From Chiloscyllium plagiosum (taxonomy: Eukaryota), in contig NC_057751.1 of the NCBI RefSeq assembly GCF_004010195.1, forward strand, positions 513,248 to 577,247: a stretch of DNA of 64,000 bases, read 5' to 3'. Position numbers and translations under genes: made by a program. Under the pieces are notes generated by a model. The model did not search any database, had not been told where the DNA came from, and saw only the letters and a program-made list of their open reading frames with translations. Below, in pieces: positions 12,156 to 24,559 of this stretch. Every line of letters begins with the position of its first letter. Positions within the stretch are counted from its first letter, which is position 1.

Positions 12156-12690
12156 TCTGGATGTTTGACAGAATTTTGATGAAGTGCTGAGTAAAAGCTA
12201 GCCCTGTCCCCTCCACTGGAAGGACGTCAGCCTGTAGTTAAAAACATGAAGGTCAAGAGGGCTGGTGATGGTGCCTTGTAACATTCTTGAGTTGGTGTGT
12301 GACAGACTGGTCAATGGCACATGCTAAGTTCATAGCCTCCAAATACATTCCAGTCTCTGTATTTGTTCTTGCAGAAGGTGTAGGCCTGTGTTGGATTGGT
12401 GCTGACCAGTGACTGTTCCTCTCCAGCACTTTGCCCACATATTTCTGCATCTAAGGGAAACCCTAGACCTTGTCAGTAGTGAGCACAAGACATGGTTGCA
12501 ACTGTCTGTGTGATAGCAAGGATCAGTGCTCAAATGATGGGAAACCTGATGCTCTGAGCTGTCCCTTCTGAGATCTAACTCTTGTAACAGGCCAATGATG
12601 TCAATAGAAACTGGGTTCAAAGCTGATGGTTATGTGGATTGGCAACCTGTTATTACAACTCCATCCTTTTCTGCCGTTTTCTTCCTTCAG

Positions 12691-12768
12691 GGTTCCGTTT
12701 ATAAGAAGACTAATGCAATGTCAGAAATCCAAAGTGCGAACAAAGCAAGTTTCTGGGCACAGACCCAG
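12691..12768 (+). CDS. DBNL: DBNL exon: GSVYKKTNAMSEIQSANKASFWAQTQ
   Basis: cttccttcag acceptor, CAG|gtaagg donor; matches [26 protein letters not shown]. Confidence 0.96.
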
Positions 12769-12944
12769 GTAAGGGTTTGGTTCTGCACACTGTAGGATTG
12801 ATGTTGGTCATTAAAATTTAAAATATAAGTACTAAGTTAGACTGGAGCAGTGCTTTTTAGAGCAGTAAGACTGTGCTATTTTCTATAGATTAAGGTGCAA
12901 AGATGGCCTTTAGTAGAGCGATGTGCTCTTCCTGGTCGGATGTG

Positions 12945-14830
12945 AATAAGAACAAAGAAGAAAGAAAATTTACAGTCCAGGAACTGGCCCTCCAAGCCTG
13001 AGCCGATCCAAATTCACTGTCGAAAACTATCGCCCAATTCCTAAGGATCTGTACCCCTCTGCTCCCCACCTATTCATGCATCTGTCTAGACGCACCTTAA
13101 ATGAATCTACCGTGTCTGCTTCTACTACCTCTGCTGGCAACGCGTTCCAGACACCTACCACTCTGTGTAAAGTACTTTATGCATATATCCCCCTTATACT
13201 TTTCACCTCTCACCTTGAATGCCTGACCTTTCGTTATTGAATCCCCCACCCTGTGGAAAAGTTTATCTCTATCCACCGTGTCTATACCCTTCATGATTGT
13301 GTAGCCCTCAATCAGGTCCCCCCTCAATCTTCTTTTTTCTAATGAAAACAATCCTCACCTACTCAACCTCTCTTCATAGCTAGCACCTTCCATACCAGGC
13401 AACATCCTCGTAAACCTTCTGTGCACCCTTTCCAAAGCGTCCACATCCTTTTGGGAATGCGGCGACCAGGACTGTACACAGTGTTCTAAATGTACACAGT
13501 GTTCTAAATGTGGCTGAACCAAAGTCATGTACAATTTTAACATGACCTGCCAGCTCTTATACTCAATACCCCGCCCTCTTGACCACTCTATCCACCTGTG
13601 CAGCAACCTTAAGGGTACAAAGTTGCTTAACTCCCAGATCGCTCTGCTCATCAACCTTTCCCAAGGCTCTTCTGTTTACAATATAGTTCGCTCTAGAATT
13701 AGACCTTCCAAAATGCATCACCTCACATTTGCCTGGATTGAACTCCATCTGCCACTTCTCTGCCCAACTCTCCAGTCTGTCTATGTTCTCTTGTATTCTT
13801 TGACAGTTCCTCTATGCTTTCTGCTATTCTGCCAATCTTTATATCATCTGCAAACCTACTGATCAGACCACCAATGCCCTCTTCCAGATCGTTTATGTAT
13901 ATCACAAACAACAGTGGCCCCAGCACTGATCCCTGTGGAAAATCACTGGTCACATGTGGGCGGCACGGTGGCATAGTGGTTAGCACTGCTGCCTCACAGT
14001 GCCAGAGACCCGGGTTCAATTCCCTCTTCAGGTGACTGACTGTGTGGAGTTTGCACGTTCTCCCCGTGTCTGCGTGGGTTTCCTCCGAGTGCTCCGGTTT
14101 CCTCCCACAGTTTAAAAGATGTGCAGATTCAGGTGAATTGGCCGTGCTAAATTGCCCATAGTGTTAGGTAAGGGGTAAATGTAGGGGTATGAGTGGGTTA
14201 CGCTTCGGCGGGTCAGTGTGGACTTGTTGGCCCGAAGGGCCTGTTTCCACACTGTAATGTAATCTAATCTAAATCTCTCCATTTTGAGAAACTCCCTTTA
14301 ACTGTTACTCTGTCTCCTGTTGCTCAACCAGTTCTTTATCCACCTAGCTAGAACACCCTGCACACCCATGTGACTTGACTTTCTCCATTAGTTTACCACG
14401 GGGAACTTTATCAAATGCCTTACTAAAGTCCACGTAATGACATCTCCAGCCCTTCCTTCATCTATCAAATTGGTCACTTCCTCAAAGAACTGGATTACGT
14501 TGTTAAGGCATGATCTCCCCCACACAAAACCATGATGCCTATCACTGATAAGCCCTTTCTCTTCCAAATATTAACAGATCCTATCCTGTACATTCTCCAG
14601 CAACTGTCCCACCACTGACGTCAGGCTCATGGTCTGTAGTTACCTGGAATATTTCTACTACCCTTCTTGTACAGGGGGACAACGTGAGCAACTCTCCACT
14701 CCTTTGGCACTTCACCTGTGTTTGAGGATGTTACAAAGATATCTTGTCAGGGCCCCAATATTTCCCCTCTTGCCTGCCTGAGCAACCTGGGATAGATCCC
14801 ATCCAGTCCTGGGGATTGTACATGTCACTT
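12945..14830 (-). mobile_element. CR1 LINE ORF2 (RT and 3' end) fragment with a nested SINE
   Basis: PQGSVLGPLLFVIYINDL...RFADDIK, MEFNPGKCEVMHFG, FSLEKRRLRGDLIE. Confidence 0.9.
13958..14271 (+). mobile_element. HE1-type SINE nested in CR1
   Basis: A and B boxes, V-like domain, (AATCT)n tail. Confidence 0.92.
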
Positions 14831-15162
14831 CTATCCCAGATTCTGTGTGACCCCAGATCATGACTGATCCAGAGGCTGGATATTGATATCCCACTATAGT
14901 GGTGGACCATGTGAGTTCAGTTAGAAAACTCTGGGAAGAGGCTGGTTTTAAAGCAGTGGGTTTATTGAGCCCTTATTGAGCCCTTATCCTGTTTGTAACT
15001 CCAACCACACACCAGCAGTTTTAACCTGTCAGCTGCCTGTTGTCCAAGCGACTAAGAGCAGTGTTTAAGAAGGTTGAATGCCACCACTTTGCTGGGGCCA
15101 TACAGAGGCTAAGAAATGCTGGCCTTGCTAGTGATGGCTAAACCTTGCTGTTGAAGTGCTCC

Positions 15163-15245
15163 CTGATGAAGGAGCAGAGCTCTGAAAGCTTGTACTTCAA
15201 AATAAACCAGCTAGACTATAATCTGGTTTTGTGTGATGTTTAACT
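15163..15245 (+). ncRNA. PLE family B pLTR remnant with a hammerhead motif
   Basis: CUGAUGA-A-GGAGC-AGA-GCUCU-GAAAGCUU followed by the same downstream sequence as the copies at 46760 and 54916. Confidence 0.65.
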
Positions 15246-15468
15246 AACTTTGTCTATATGCAAGACAGCAGGAATGGAGCAGTATTTGCCCTCTAGCCAT
15301 GCTTCAAGCTTTGAATCTGAACTATAACTGGACTGCCTGAGGTCACAGCAAGTATGGCAGGATGGGATCCCCTTGAGATCAGTTGTGGTGGCTGCTGGCA
15401 TTGGATTTACCTTGTCTACCTCACAGCAAACAAATAGAAAACTAATGTCTCCTATTTTTAATCCACAG

Positions 15469-15620
15469 ATAGATGAAGAAAAGCGAAGAGAAGATGATAA
15501 AAGGAGGAAGGCGCTGGAACAGGAGGGCTTAGAAAAGGAAAGGACGGAGAGGGAACGCAGAGAGTCTGAGCTGAGGGAGCAACGCTTCAAGGAGAGGTCT
15601 AGTCAGATCGACCAACAAAA
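15469..15620 (+). CDS. DBNL: DBNL exon, charged helical/coiled-coil region: IDEEKRREDDKRRKALEQEGLEKERTERERRESELREQRFKERSSQIDQQ(K)
   Basis: atttttaatccacag acceptor, AA|gtaagt donor; E/K/R-rich helix as in DBNL; phase 0 in, phase 2 out. Confidence 0.92.
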
Positions 15621-15698
15621 GTAAGTCATAGCACCTTGTCACCTTTGCTTCTTTGGATGGTAGCAACAGGGTCTGCTGTTTGATTTACAGCATTGGAA

Positions 15699-16812
15699 TG
15701 TTATGGACCAGACCAGACTCCCTCAAAATATATTCAGAAGCCTGTCCAGACCTGAGTGTTTTCTTAATTTAAAGGCAAGTGTAAGGTGTTGCATTCAAAT
15801 TGCAAACAAAACACTCTTTCAATTGAATTTCAGCAATTTCCAAAGATGCCAGTGGCACTCCTGGCCATTGTTAAATGCTGTGTGATTGCCACAAATATCT
15901 CCCCTTTCTTGCCAGACACAGGCAACTTAACTCTATCTTGTTACCAATTCCAAATGCTTTGCTTTGCTCACTTTCTATGAAACTCCCGAAGTGACTTGCA
16001 CCCCCAGGAACTTGAAACAACTGAAAGAGTCATAATTACACAACACACACCCGATTTAAACAACCGAATGCAACTCCCGAAATAAAAAAAAACACCAACA
16101 CTGGACACTCAGTCTTTTTGAGTCCAACAATCCTAAACCCCGATATGGAATTAGAGATTTTGATCCTGACAAGAGCCCCAATTTGCTACGGACCAGACTG
16201 AACCCCTTCAAAACATATTCAGAAGATAGTTTAGACCCCTTTTCTTACTTTAAAGGCAAGTGTAAGGTGTTGGGTACCCGATACAATTTGACCGGTCAAA
16301 CTACCAATTTTGAAGCAAAACATTAGTTTCTTCAGATACTATTGTTAAGATACAACAAAAGAAAGAAGATATTGAAATATTGAAGTCTATTGGAAAATTT
16401 AACAGAATAATAATTTTACTATTAAACAGTAACTGTTCCAATGTAGTAACATCCCAGAAACACACCCTTGGCACGAGGCAAGTTCAGAAAATGATTTTGT
16501 CTCCTATGCAATTCAAGCAGCAATAGAAAAAACATGAAGAGAAAACTGGGTAGCAGAGAGATATGTACTACAGCTTTCACCCAGCTCCAACAACTAGCAA
16601 CAAACTCTATTGAAAATTAAAATACTAAAAATCCTGCTTTTGTGGGAGCTTGCGCAACCCAGTTAGGTTACTTCTACACTTTTTTTTTCCTCACAAGCCT
16701 AGGGCATCTCAAACTGTTTACTCTCATGGCTTTGAGTAGACAGCCATGTACCTCTGCTGTAAACACTGTTTAAAAAGAACCAGGACAAAATAGACCTTAA
16801 TAAAATATCATC
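15699..16812 (-). mobile_element. Two related solo-LTR remnants (starting 15699 and 16184), same family as 9814-10465
   Basis: Repeated TG..A.GGACCAGAC...CAAAA.ATATTCAGAAG...TTTAAAGGCAAGTGTAAGGTGTTG block. Confidence 0.6.
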
Positions 16813-17280
16813 AGGGAAATAGGAACTTCAGCCCAATAGCTGTGCACGCATGTGTCGTCTTCATGTGGTTTTACTTCATTCTTTCCATCCATATCCACAG
16901 AAATGCATGATGCAGAAACAGGCCATTTGGTCCAAATAGTCTCCTCTTCTCACCCTCCACTCTTGCATCTTTTCCCTTGTTAAATAAATTCCTCTTCAAT
17001 GCTGTATACCTTGCTGCAAGCACTCGTTGTCTCACTAGTTTTATATCATCATAATCCTCATGATAAATAAGTTCTCCCTCATTTCCAGTTGAATTTGTTG
17101 CTGACTTCTTGCCGGTAATGACACCTAGCTTTGTCGTCTTCATGCAAATCTCTTCACACTCGGATGAGCTCCTGGTAATCGGGCTCTGTGTACTCCTGCA
17201 TCATGCCAGCCTAGAGTGGCAGATTTTGCCAAAGTTGGCATTGATACGCATCACCTAGGAGTGGAAACACTGGGGCCATT

Positions 17281-17995
17281 TGTTACAACATGGCAGTGAA
17301 CCCTTCTGCTAATTAAACCAAATACACAGAAAAGCTCACCTTGCCTTGTAATCTGTTAAAATATGAATGACCGAGAAATCCCAAATTTCACTATTAATTA
17401 AATAATATCAATTAATTCCTTAACTCCAAAAGTAAACATGCAACAACTATTCCCAATTCTAAGCCCCTCTTTCTTTTAAATGCTTGTTATCTGACTCCAA
17501 CCCAACAACAATATGCTACTCCAATAAAAACTATATTAAAATTGCATCAACTTAATTTGAAAACCATACAGCAGCTGTCGTTGTCGGTGCCTGTCTTTCT
17601 GCTGGAGATCTTCCTTAGTTGTCGTGTTTCTTTTCACTAGTGAGATGTTTCTTATGAAAATGGTAGCTTTGATAGTGTTTTGCCGGCAGTTACTCTGGCA
17701 GTTGGTTTCTGTCTAACTTTCAAAATGCCTGATCCATCCGATTGTCTCAATGGTTTGAAGTTGGTAAAAACAATAAATTCAAACTCAATTGGGTTTTCTA
17801 TCCTGGGGCATAATTTAAACTGGTTGAATTCAAATTGTTGTCAAAACAGCAAACGACTCAGGTATCTGTTTTACAGCCAAATGTTACATATTTTCCAGTC
17901 TGATCTGAGACTGCTTGGCTAGTTATATAACAGGTGCTTGTAAGGTCTCAGTGCAAAACAACATTCACTCTCAAAGATACAGTAACTTCATAACA
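17281..17995. mobile_element. Probable solo LTR (Gypsy-like TGTTA...TAACA termini)
   Basis: 5-bp inverted termini TGTTA/TAACA, ~715 bp, flanks catt/cttt (imperfect TSD). Confidence 0.5.
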
Positions 17996-18637
17996 CTTTG
18001 CTAGAACAGTATCTTAGGAAGGATTAAACAAGGGAACAGCACTGAAACAACCCTTTGACCCACCAAGGCTGTGCTGACATACAATGTTTTCTTGAATTTA
18101 ATAACATTTTGACTCCATGAAGTCCTTTTTCCTGTCTATTCTTGTATCTGTCAAGATGCATCTTAAGTGTTGCAAGGTTCAAAAGAAGTGGAAAAGGGAG
18201 TTCTGTGTAGACCAGACAGAGCCTCACCACTTGTTACACGTTGGAAGATCACAAGCCACGATGTGAAGGGTTACAGTAATCTCTGATAAGTATGGGTAGG
18301 GAGGTAGGAACAGACACAGAGCACAGTATAACACTTTACCAAAGCAGAATATAAGAAATCATTACAATTACAAATCATACAATTACTTGATAAAGCTTTT
18401 CTGGAAGAATTGAAGGAGGGTAACAATTAGACATCATCAATTCCTCTTGAGTATCAAAATTCCCATTTTCAAGGTGTGAATCGCAGAAATTGTGCTCAAT
18501 ACAGTTTAAGGCGAGTCTTTATAAATGACACTGAGAAAGTCATTCTATTTCCAAATGGATGTCCAAGTCATCAATCTACTTGTAGAAAACATTTGTCCCT
18601 TTGTTCTCAAATTCACTTATTTTTTTCATCTCTGCAG

Positions 18638-18692
18638 GACATTCCAGAAGAAACAAGATTCACAGAGCAGAGAGTATGAGAAACAGCGCTGG
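18638..18692 (+). CDS. DBNL: DBNL exon: (K)TFQKKQDSQSREYEKQRW
   Basis: ttttttcatctctgcag acceptor, TGG|gtgagt donor; phase 2 in matches the upstream exon; resembles human RTWEQQQE. Confidence 0.88.
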
Positions 18693-18727
18693 GTGAGTAT
18701 TACCATTCACTGATGAATATCTGTTCT

Positions 18728-18965
18728 GGAGAAAGTGAGGACTTCAGATGCTGAAGATCAGAGTTGAAGAGTGTGGAGCTGGAAAATCCCAGCCGGTCAG
18801 GCAGCTTTCAAGGTGCAGGAAAATTGAAACTTATAGAGCATAAGCACTTCATCAGGAATGAGCTCATTCCTGATGAACAGCTTATGCTGGAAACGTCAAT
18901 TCTGCTGCACCTCAGATGTTACCCAACTGGCTGTGCTTTTCCAGCTCCACAATTTTCGAATCTGC
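18728..18965. mobile_element. Fold-back PLE pLTR insertion with a sense-strand hammerhead motif at 18870-18897
   Basis: Palindromic centre ttcatcaggaatgag|ctcattcctgatgaa; CUGAUGA-A-CAGC-UUAU-GCUG-GAAACGUC. Confidence 0.8.
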
Positions 18966-19316
18966 TCGAGTGTAAATATAAAATGACATTGGGCGTTGAC
19001 TGTCTGTCTGAGGTTTTAATGTGTAACTCTCTGTTAGAAATGTATATATTTTTAATGGCATATTGATAAATATATGGCAGGTTTTGCATCCAACCTTTTT
19101 GTTATTCATCCAGTATGTCTTGTACCCACAAAGCAGAATAAATCCAGTACAGTCAATTAGTATCCACAAGGGGGAGCGGGGGGGCTATACTGGTTGGCGT
19201 CATAATGCACACAGAGGAAGGTGGTTATGGTTGTTGAAGGTCAATCATTTCCACTCCAGGGCATTTCTGTCGGAGTCCCTCAGGTCAGTGGCCTCTGACC
19301 AACCATCTTCATTGTT

Positions 19317-20672
19317 CAAAGTTTGTGCGAAGATTTGTAGCTCGGGTGCTCGTTGTTGTGGTTCTGTTCGCCGAGCTGGAAGTTTTTGTTGCAAACGTTT
19401 CGTCCCCTGGCTCGGCGACATCATCAGTGCTTAGGAGCCTCCTGCAAAGCACATCTTTGATGTTTCCTCCGGTGTTTATAGTGGTCTGTCCCTGCCGCTT
19501 CCGGTTGTCAGTTTCAGCTGTACGCTGTAGTGGTTGGTATATTGGGTCCAGGTCGATGTGTTTGTTGATGGAGTTTGTGGCTGAATGCCATGCCTCTAGG
19601 AATTCCCTGGCTGTTCTCTGTCTGGCTTTCCAGGTCTGCAGATGCTGGAGATCAAAGTTGAAACTTTATTGCTGGAACAGCACAGCAGGTCAGGCAGCAT
19701 CCNNNNNNNNNNNNNNNNNNNNNNNNNNNNNNNNNNNNNNNNNNNNNNNNNNNNNNNNNNNNNNNNNNNNNNNNNNNNNNNNNNNNNNNNNNNNNNNNNN
19801 NNNNNNNNNNNNNNNNNNNNNNNNNNNNNNNNNNNNNNNNNNNNNNNNNNNNNNNNNNNNNNNNNNNNNNNNNNNNGTCCTATATCGTGTTTTGTCCCGT
19901 CCTTGCATGGTATTTTGTACACTACATTCGTTTTGCTCATGTTGGGTATCGGGTCCTTCGTTCTGGTGAGTTGTTGTCTGAGCGTGGCTGTTGGTTTGTG
20001 TGCCGTTATGAGTCCTAGGTGTCTCTATCAACAAAGACGGCATACTTAAACTACTGGACTTGTGCCTCACAACACACTTCACATTCAACAACCAGATATA
20101 CGAACAAATCAACGGAACACCCATGGGATCACCAATCTCGGGACTCATAGCAGAGGCAGTTATGCAAAGATTAGAACAAACAGTCCTACCACAAATTCAA
20201 CCCAAACTCTGGGTCAGATATGTCGATGACACGTTTGTAATCATTAAAAACACGGAAATAGAAAAAACACACCCGATCATGAATGCCACACTCTCAGGAA
20301 TCCGATTCACGAGAGAAGAAGAAAAGGATAGCCAACTCTCATTCCCGGCAGACAACAAGCAACATGAATTCGACTGGGATAACACTACTATCATAGGGAA
20401 AGCCAGACAGAGAACAGCCAGGGAATTCCTAGAGGCATGGCATTCAGCCACAGACTCCATCAACAAACACATCGACCTGGACCCAATATACCAACTACTA
20501 CAGCGTACAGCTGAAACTGACAACCAGAAGCGGCAGGGACAGACCACTATAAACACCGGAGGAAACATCAAAGAAGCGCTTCGCAGGAGGCTCCCAAGCA
20601 CTGGTGATGTCGCCTAGCCAGGGGACGAAACGTTTGCAACAAAAACTTCCAGCTTGGCGAACAGAACCACAA
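19317..20672. mobile_element. Penelope-like element (family C) with inverted pLTR arms, RT core and GIY-YIG remnants; nested family-A fragment at ~19632-19702 and an N-gap
   Basis: YEQINGTPMGSPISGLIAEAVM...WVRYVDDTF (PLE RT); NVVYKIPCKD (GIY-YIG start); TSD catcttcattgtt at 19304-19316 and 20673-20685. Confidence 0.92.
19391..19430 (-). ncRNA. Hammerhead motif, family C (sense copy with A6G change at 20598-20637)
   Basis: GCA-CUGAUGA-U-GUC...GAC-GAAACGUU-UGC. Confidence 0.75.
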
Positions 20673-20984
20673 CATCTTCATTGTTGCCCTGCCTTCCATC
20701 AGAAGTTGGAATGTTTGTCGATGATTGCTTGATGTTCAGCAACGTTTATGACTGCTCAGATACTGAAGCAGTCCAAGTCAAAATGCAGCAAGACCTAGAT
20801 GAGACCTGGTTTTAGATTGACAAGTAGCAAGTGACGTTCATGTCTCACGAACCAAGCAATGACCACCTTCAGTAAGAGATAAACCAATTAGCATCTCTTG
20901 ACAAACATTACTGACCATGAATTCTTCCTCCACCCACCATCCTGGAGCTCATAACTGACTAGAAACTGAACTGGATTATCCAGA

Positions 20985-21342
20985 GGGGAGGTGATGGCCT
21001 CATTGTATTTTTGCTGGACTGTTAGTCCAGAGACCCAGGTCATGTTCTGGGAACCCAGATTTGAATCCCAACACGACAGTTGGTGGAATTTGAATTCAAC
21101 GTAAATCTGAAATTAAGAACCTTATGATAAATATGAACCCATTGTCAATTGTCAGAGAAAGCTATCTGGTTCATCATTCCCTTTAGGGAAGAAAACTGCC
21201 AGCCTTAACTTGTCCGGCCAACGCTTGACTCCAGATCAGCAGCAATGTGGTTGACTCTAAACTGCCTTCTGGGTGAAAAAAGGATAGGCAATAAATGCTG
21301 GCTGAGTGACCCTCTCATCCCATGAATGAATTAAAAAAAAAA
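20985..21342 (+). mobile_element. Second tRNA-type SINE family (related copy ~38660-38945 on the - strand)
   Basis: tRNA-like head with a B-box-like gatttgaatccc; tail ggcaataaatgctggc...catcccatgaatgaat(A)n shared with the host LINE 3' end. Confidence 0.6.
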
Positions 21343-21343
21343 C

Positions 21344-21360
21344 TATATATATATATATCA

Positions 21361-21426
<66 letters not shown>
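21344..21426. repeat. Compound microsatellite (TA)n-(CT)n-(CA)n
   Basis: Directly visible. Confidence 0.95.
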
Positions 21427-21427
<1 letters not shown>

Positions 21428-22029
21428 CCATACTGGCTAAAAGAGCAGGTCAGAGAGGAGGAATTTTACAGTAAGTATCTCACCACCTGAATGCCATCTA
21501 CAAGGCAAATGTCGAGAGTGTGATGGAATACTTCCCATTTCCTTGAATGAGTGCAGGCTTCAGCAGCCCTAAAGACACTTAACACCATTCAGAACAAAGA
21601 ACCGACTTGGCACCACATTCGCCAGCTTAAACATTTATTCCCCCTTCCACAGGTGCACACGACAACAGCTATCTACAAGATGCCCTGCAGCAACTCATCA
21701 AGCCTTCTCTGATGAGTACTGAGAAGGGCAAGGGCAACAGATAGGCAGAGGCCTACAGCTTCCTCTTGTAACCCCACATCATCTTGACTTCTTGCTGTTC
21801 CTTCCACTGTCATTGGATCCAATCCTGGACCTCCCTCCCTGATAACACTGAGGTGTACCTACATCACATTGACTGCAACAGTTCATGAAGGTGGCTCGCC
21901 GCACCTGCTTCTCAGGGCATTTGGGAACAGGCAACAGATACTGCTACAGCCAGTGATGCCCACATCCTGTGAAAGAATGCCTTGTAAAAAACACGTAGGG
22001 CAGGTGAAACTGGGGTTAGATAGATAGCA

Positions 22030-23360
22030 GCTGAAAATGTGTTGCTGGAAAAGTGCAGCAGGTCAGGCAGCATCCAAGGAACAGGAGAATCGACGTTTCG
22101 GGCGTAAGCCCTTCTTCAGGAATGAGGAAAGTGTGTACAGCAGGCTAAGATAAAAGGTAGGGAGGAGGGACTTGGGGGAGGGGCTTTGGAAATGTGATAG
22201 GTGGAGGGAGGNNNNNNNNNNNNNNNNNNNNNNNNNNNNNNNNNNNNNNNNNNNNNNNNNNNNNNNNNNNNNNNNNNNNNNNNNNNNNNNNNNNNNNNNN
22301 NNNNNNNNNNNNNNNNNNNNNNNNNNNNNNNNNNNNNNNNNNNNNNNNNNNNNNNNNNNNNNNNNNNNNNNNNNNNNNNNNNNNNNNNNNNNNNNNNNNN
22401 NNNNNNNNNNNNNNNNNNNNNNNNNNNNNNNNNNNNNNNNNNNNNNNNNNNNNNNNNNNNNNNNNNNNNNNNNNNNNNNNNNNNNNNNNNNNNNNNNNNN
22501 NNNNNNNNNNNNNNNNNNNNNNNNNNNNNNNNNNNNNNNNNNNNNNNNNNNNNNNNNNNNNNNNNNNNNNNNNNNNNNNNNNNNNNNNNNNNNNNNNNNN
22601 NNNNNNNNNNNNNNNNNNNNNNNNNNNNNNNNNNNNNNNNNNNNNNNNNNNNNNNNNNNNNNNNNNNNNNNNNNNNNNNNNNNNNNNNNNNNNNNNNNNN
22701 NNNNNNNNNNNNNNNNNNNNNNNNNNNNNNNNNNNNNNNNNNNNNNNNNNNNNNNNNNNNNNNNNNNNNNNNNNNNNNNNNNNNNNNNNNNNNNNNNNNN
22801 NNNNNNNNNNNNNNNNNNNNNNNNNNNNNNNNNNNNNNNNNNNNNNNNNNNNNNNNNNNNNNNNNNNNNNNNNNNNNNNNNNNNNNNNNNNNNNNNNNNN
22901 NNNNNNNNNNNNNNNNNNNNNNNNNNNNNNNNNNNNNNNNNNNNNNNNNNNNNNNNNNNNNNNNNNNNNNNNNNNNNNNNNNNNNNNNNNNNNNNNNNNN
23001 NNNNNNNNNNNNNNNNNNNNNNNNNNNNNNNNNNNNNNNNNNNNNNNNNNNNNNNNNNNNNNNNNNNNNNNNNNNNNNNNNNNNNNNNNNNNNNNNNNNN
23101 NNNNNNNNNNNNNNNNNNNNNNNNNNNNNNNNNNNNNNNNNNNNNNNNNNNNNNNNNNNNNNTTTCCAAAGCCCCTCCCCCAAGTCCCTCCTCCCTACCT
23201 TTTATCTTAGCCTGCTGTACACACTTTCCTCATTCCTGAAGAAGGGCTTATGCCCGAAACGTCAATTCTCCTGTTCCTTTGATGCTGCCTGACCTGCTGC
23301 GCGTTTCCAGCAACACATTTTCAGCTCTGGTCTCCAGCATCTGCAGCCCTCACTTTCTCC
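22030..23360. mobile_element. PLE family A insertion with inverted pLTR arms around an N-gap; hammerhead motifs at 22092-22119 (-) and 23236-23263 (+)
   Basis: The arms are near-perfect reverse complements; TSD gttagatagatagca at 22015-22029 and 23363-23377. Confidence 0.9.
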
Positions 23361-23622
23361 TTGTTAGATAGATAGCATAAAACTCCCCTAACACTGTCAC
23401 CATTCAACTCTCTTGAAGTCTTAACTCAGTGACAACTCTGGAATAGGGAAGACTTATTGTACAAACTCTCCAAATCTTGTTGACATTGTAGCTCGTTAAC
23501 TCCATTCGCTGTTCCCTGATCTTCCTGGGCTTTTCTGAACTTGATGCGAGAAGTTTCTCTGGCTTTATGCTAAGTCTCTGGCTCACAGTGTCACCTCTAA
23601 TAGCATCTTTGTGTTTTTACAG

Positions 23623-23697
23623 AAAGAGCAAGAGCAGGAATACCAGGCAGAGATGCGCAAAGGCTTTAAGAGAAGTCAGTCCATCGAGAAGGCGACG
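23623..23697 (+). CDS. DBNL: DBNL exon: KEQEQEYQAEMRKGFKRSQSIEKAT
   Basis: tttgtgtttttacag acceptor, ACG|gtatgc donor; phase 0/0, open and in frame. Confidence 0.85.
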
Positions 23698-24559
23698 GTA
23701 TGCGGACTTTGTTTGCTGCGCTATCCTGTTGCTGCACCATCTCTGGAAGTCTGGTTCTGTTGCTCCCCTCATGTGAGAAAGAGGCTTGGAGTGTTCAGGA
23801 AGAAGCTCAGAGTGGAGCCCTCGAGGACACAACGATGCTGTTGGGGAGATTTGAGATTGGCCATCATCAGCCACAACTGATCAGGCATGGTCTGAGGCAG
23901 TACTTCGCCATTTTACAGGTGTTAAAAATGCCAGCTCTCCCTCCAAAAAAACCAGTTAGGCTAAGGGGCGGTTGATTAAAAATTTCTGAATGGATCAGTA
24001 AGGGCATGAAGTCAATTCGTGACCTTGAAGGGCAGTTACTGCTGTAAATTGAGCAAATGTAGCAATCAGTCTATATGCAGCAAGCTCCCACGCGTGGCAA
24101 CAATGATAAATTGGCCACTTAATGTGTGATGGATGCCAATGGCTGAGGCAAAATATATGTAAGGAAGTTCCACCGAACCTTTTCTTCCCACATGAGATGG
24201 AAGATTACGTGCCTGTCTGCTCCAAATCACAGTGCAGCACCTGCACAGTATGCCCCGGCAGTTAGGGGTTCAAGTACTTGGGACTTGAACCATCAGTCTC
24301 CTCCATGGGCCATGCATGGTTTGTAGAAATATATAATGGCAAGTTACAGCTGGCACCCAAGTGATACCAGAAATAAGTGGTGCCAAATTGTTTTCCTTTT
24401 TGGTGATCAGGAGTATGGCAGGGCACAGTTGTGGATAGGGGAACTGGTTTACATTGAATGCTGTGGCCTGAAGCAGACGATGGATGTTGCTGTTTCTCGA
24501 GCTTCCCTTTCAGACCTAGGGCTCTCAGTTTCCACCACTTGTAACTGATCTCGTTGCAG

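Larger units (their letters stand above)
19160..21980 (+). mobile_element. Old L2/CR1-group LINE remnant hosting the PLE and SINE insertions
   Basis: gttgttgaaggtcaatca...gtccctcagg and atgtttgtcgatgattgc (FxDDC-like) motifs; 3' tail ccagtgatgcccacatcctgtgaaagaat. Confidence 0.55.

Noticed and set aside
13958..14030. tRNA genes at SINE heads (also at 5320-5394, 34639, 44350 and 54665)
   Set aside because: The A/B boxes belong to HE1 SINE heads that run into SINE bodies; there is no intact cloverleaf.
22063..23292. Long ORFs of 338-368 aa
   Set aside because: Artefacts of translating through the N-gap.
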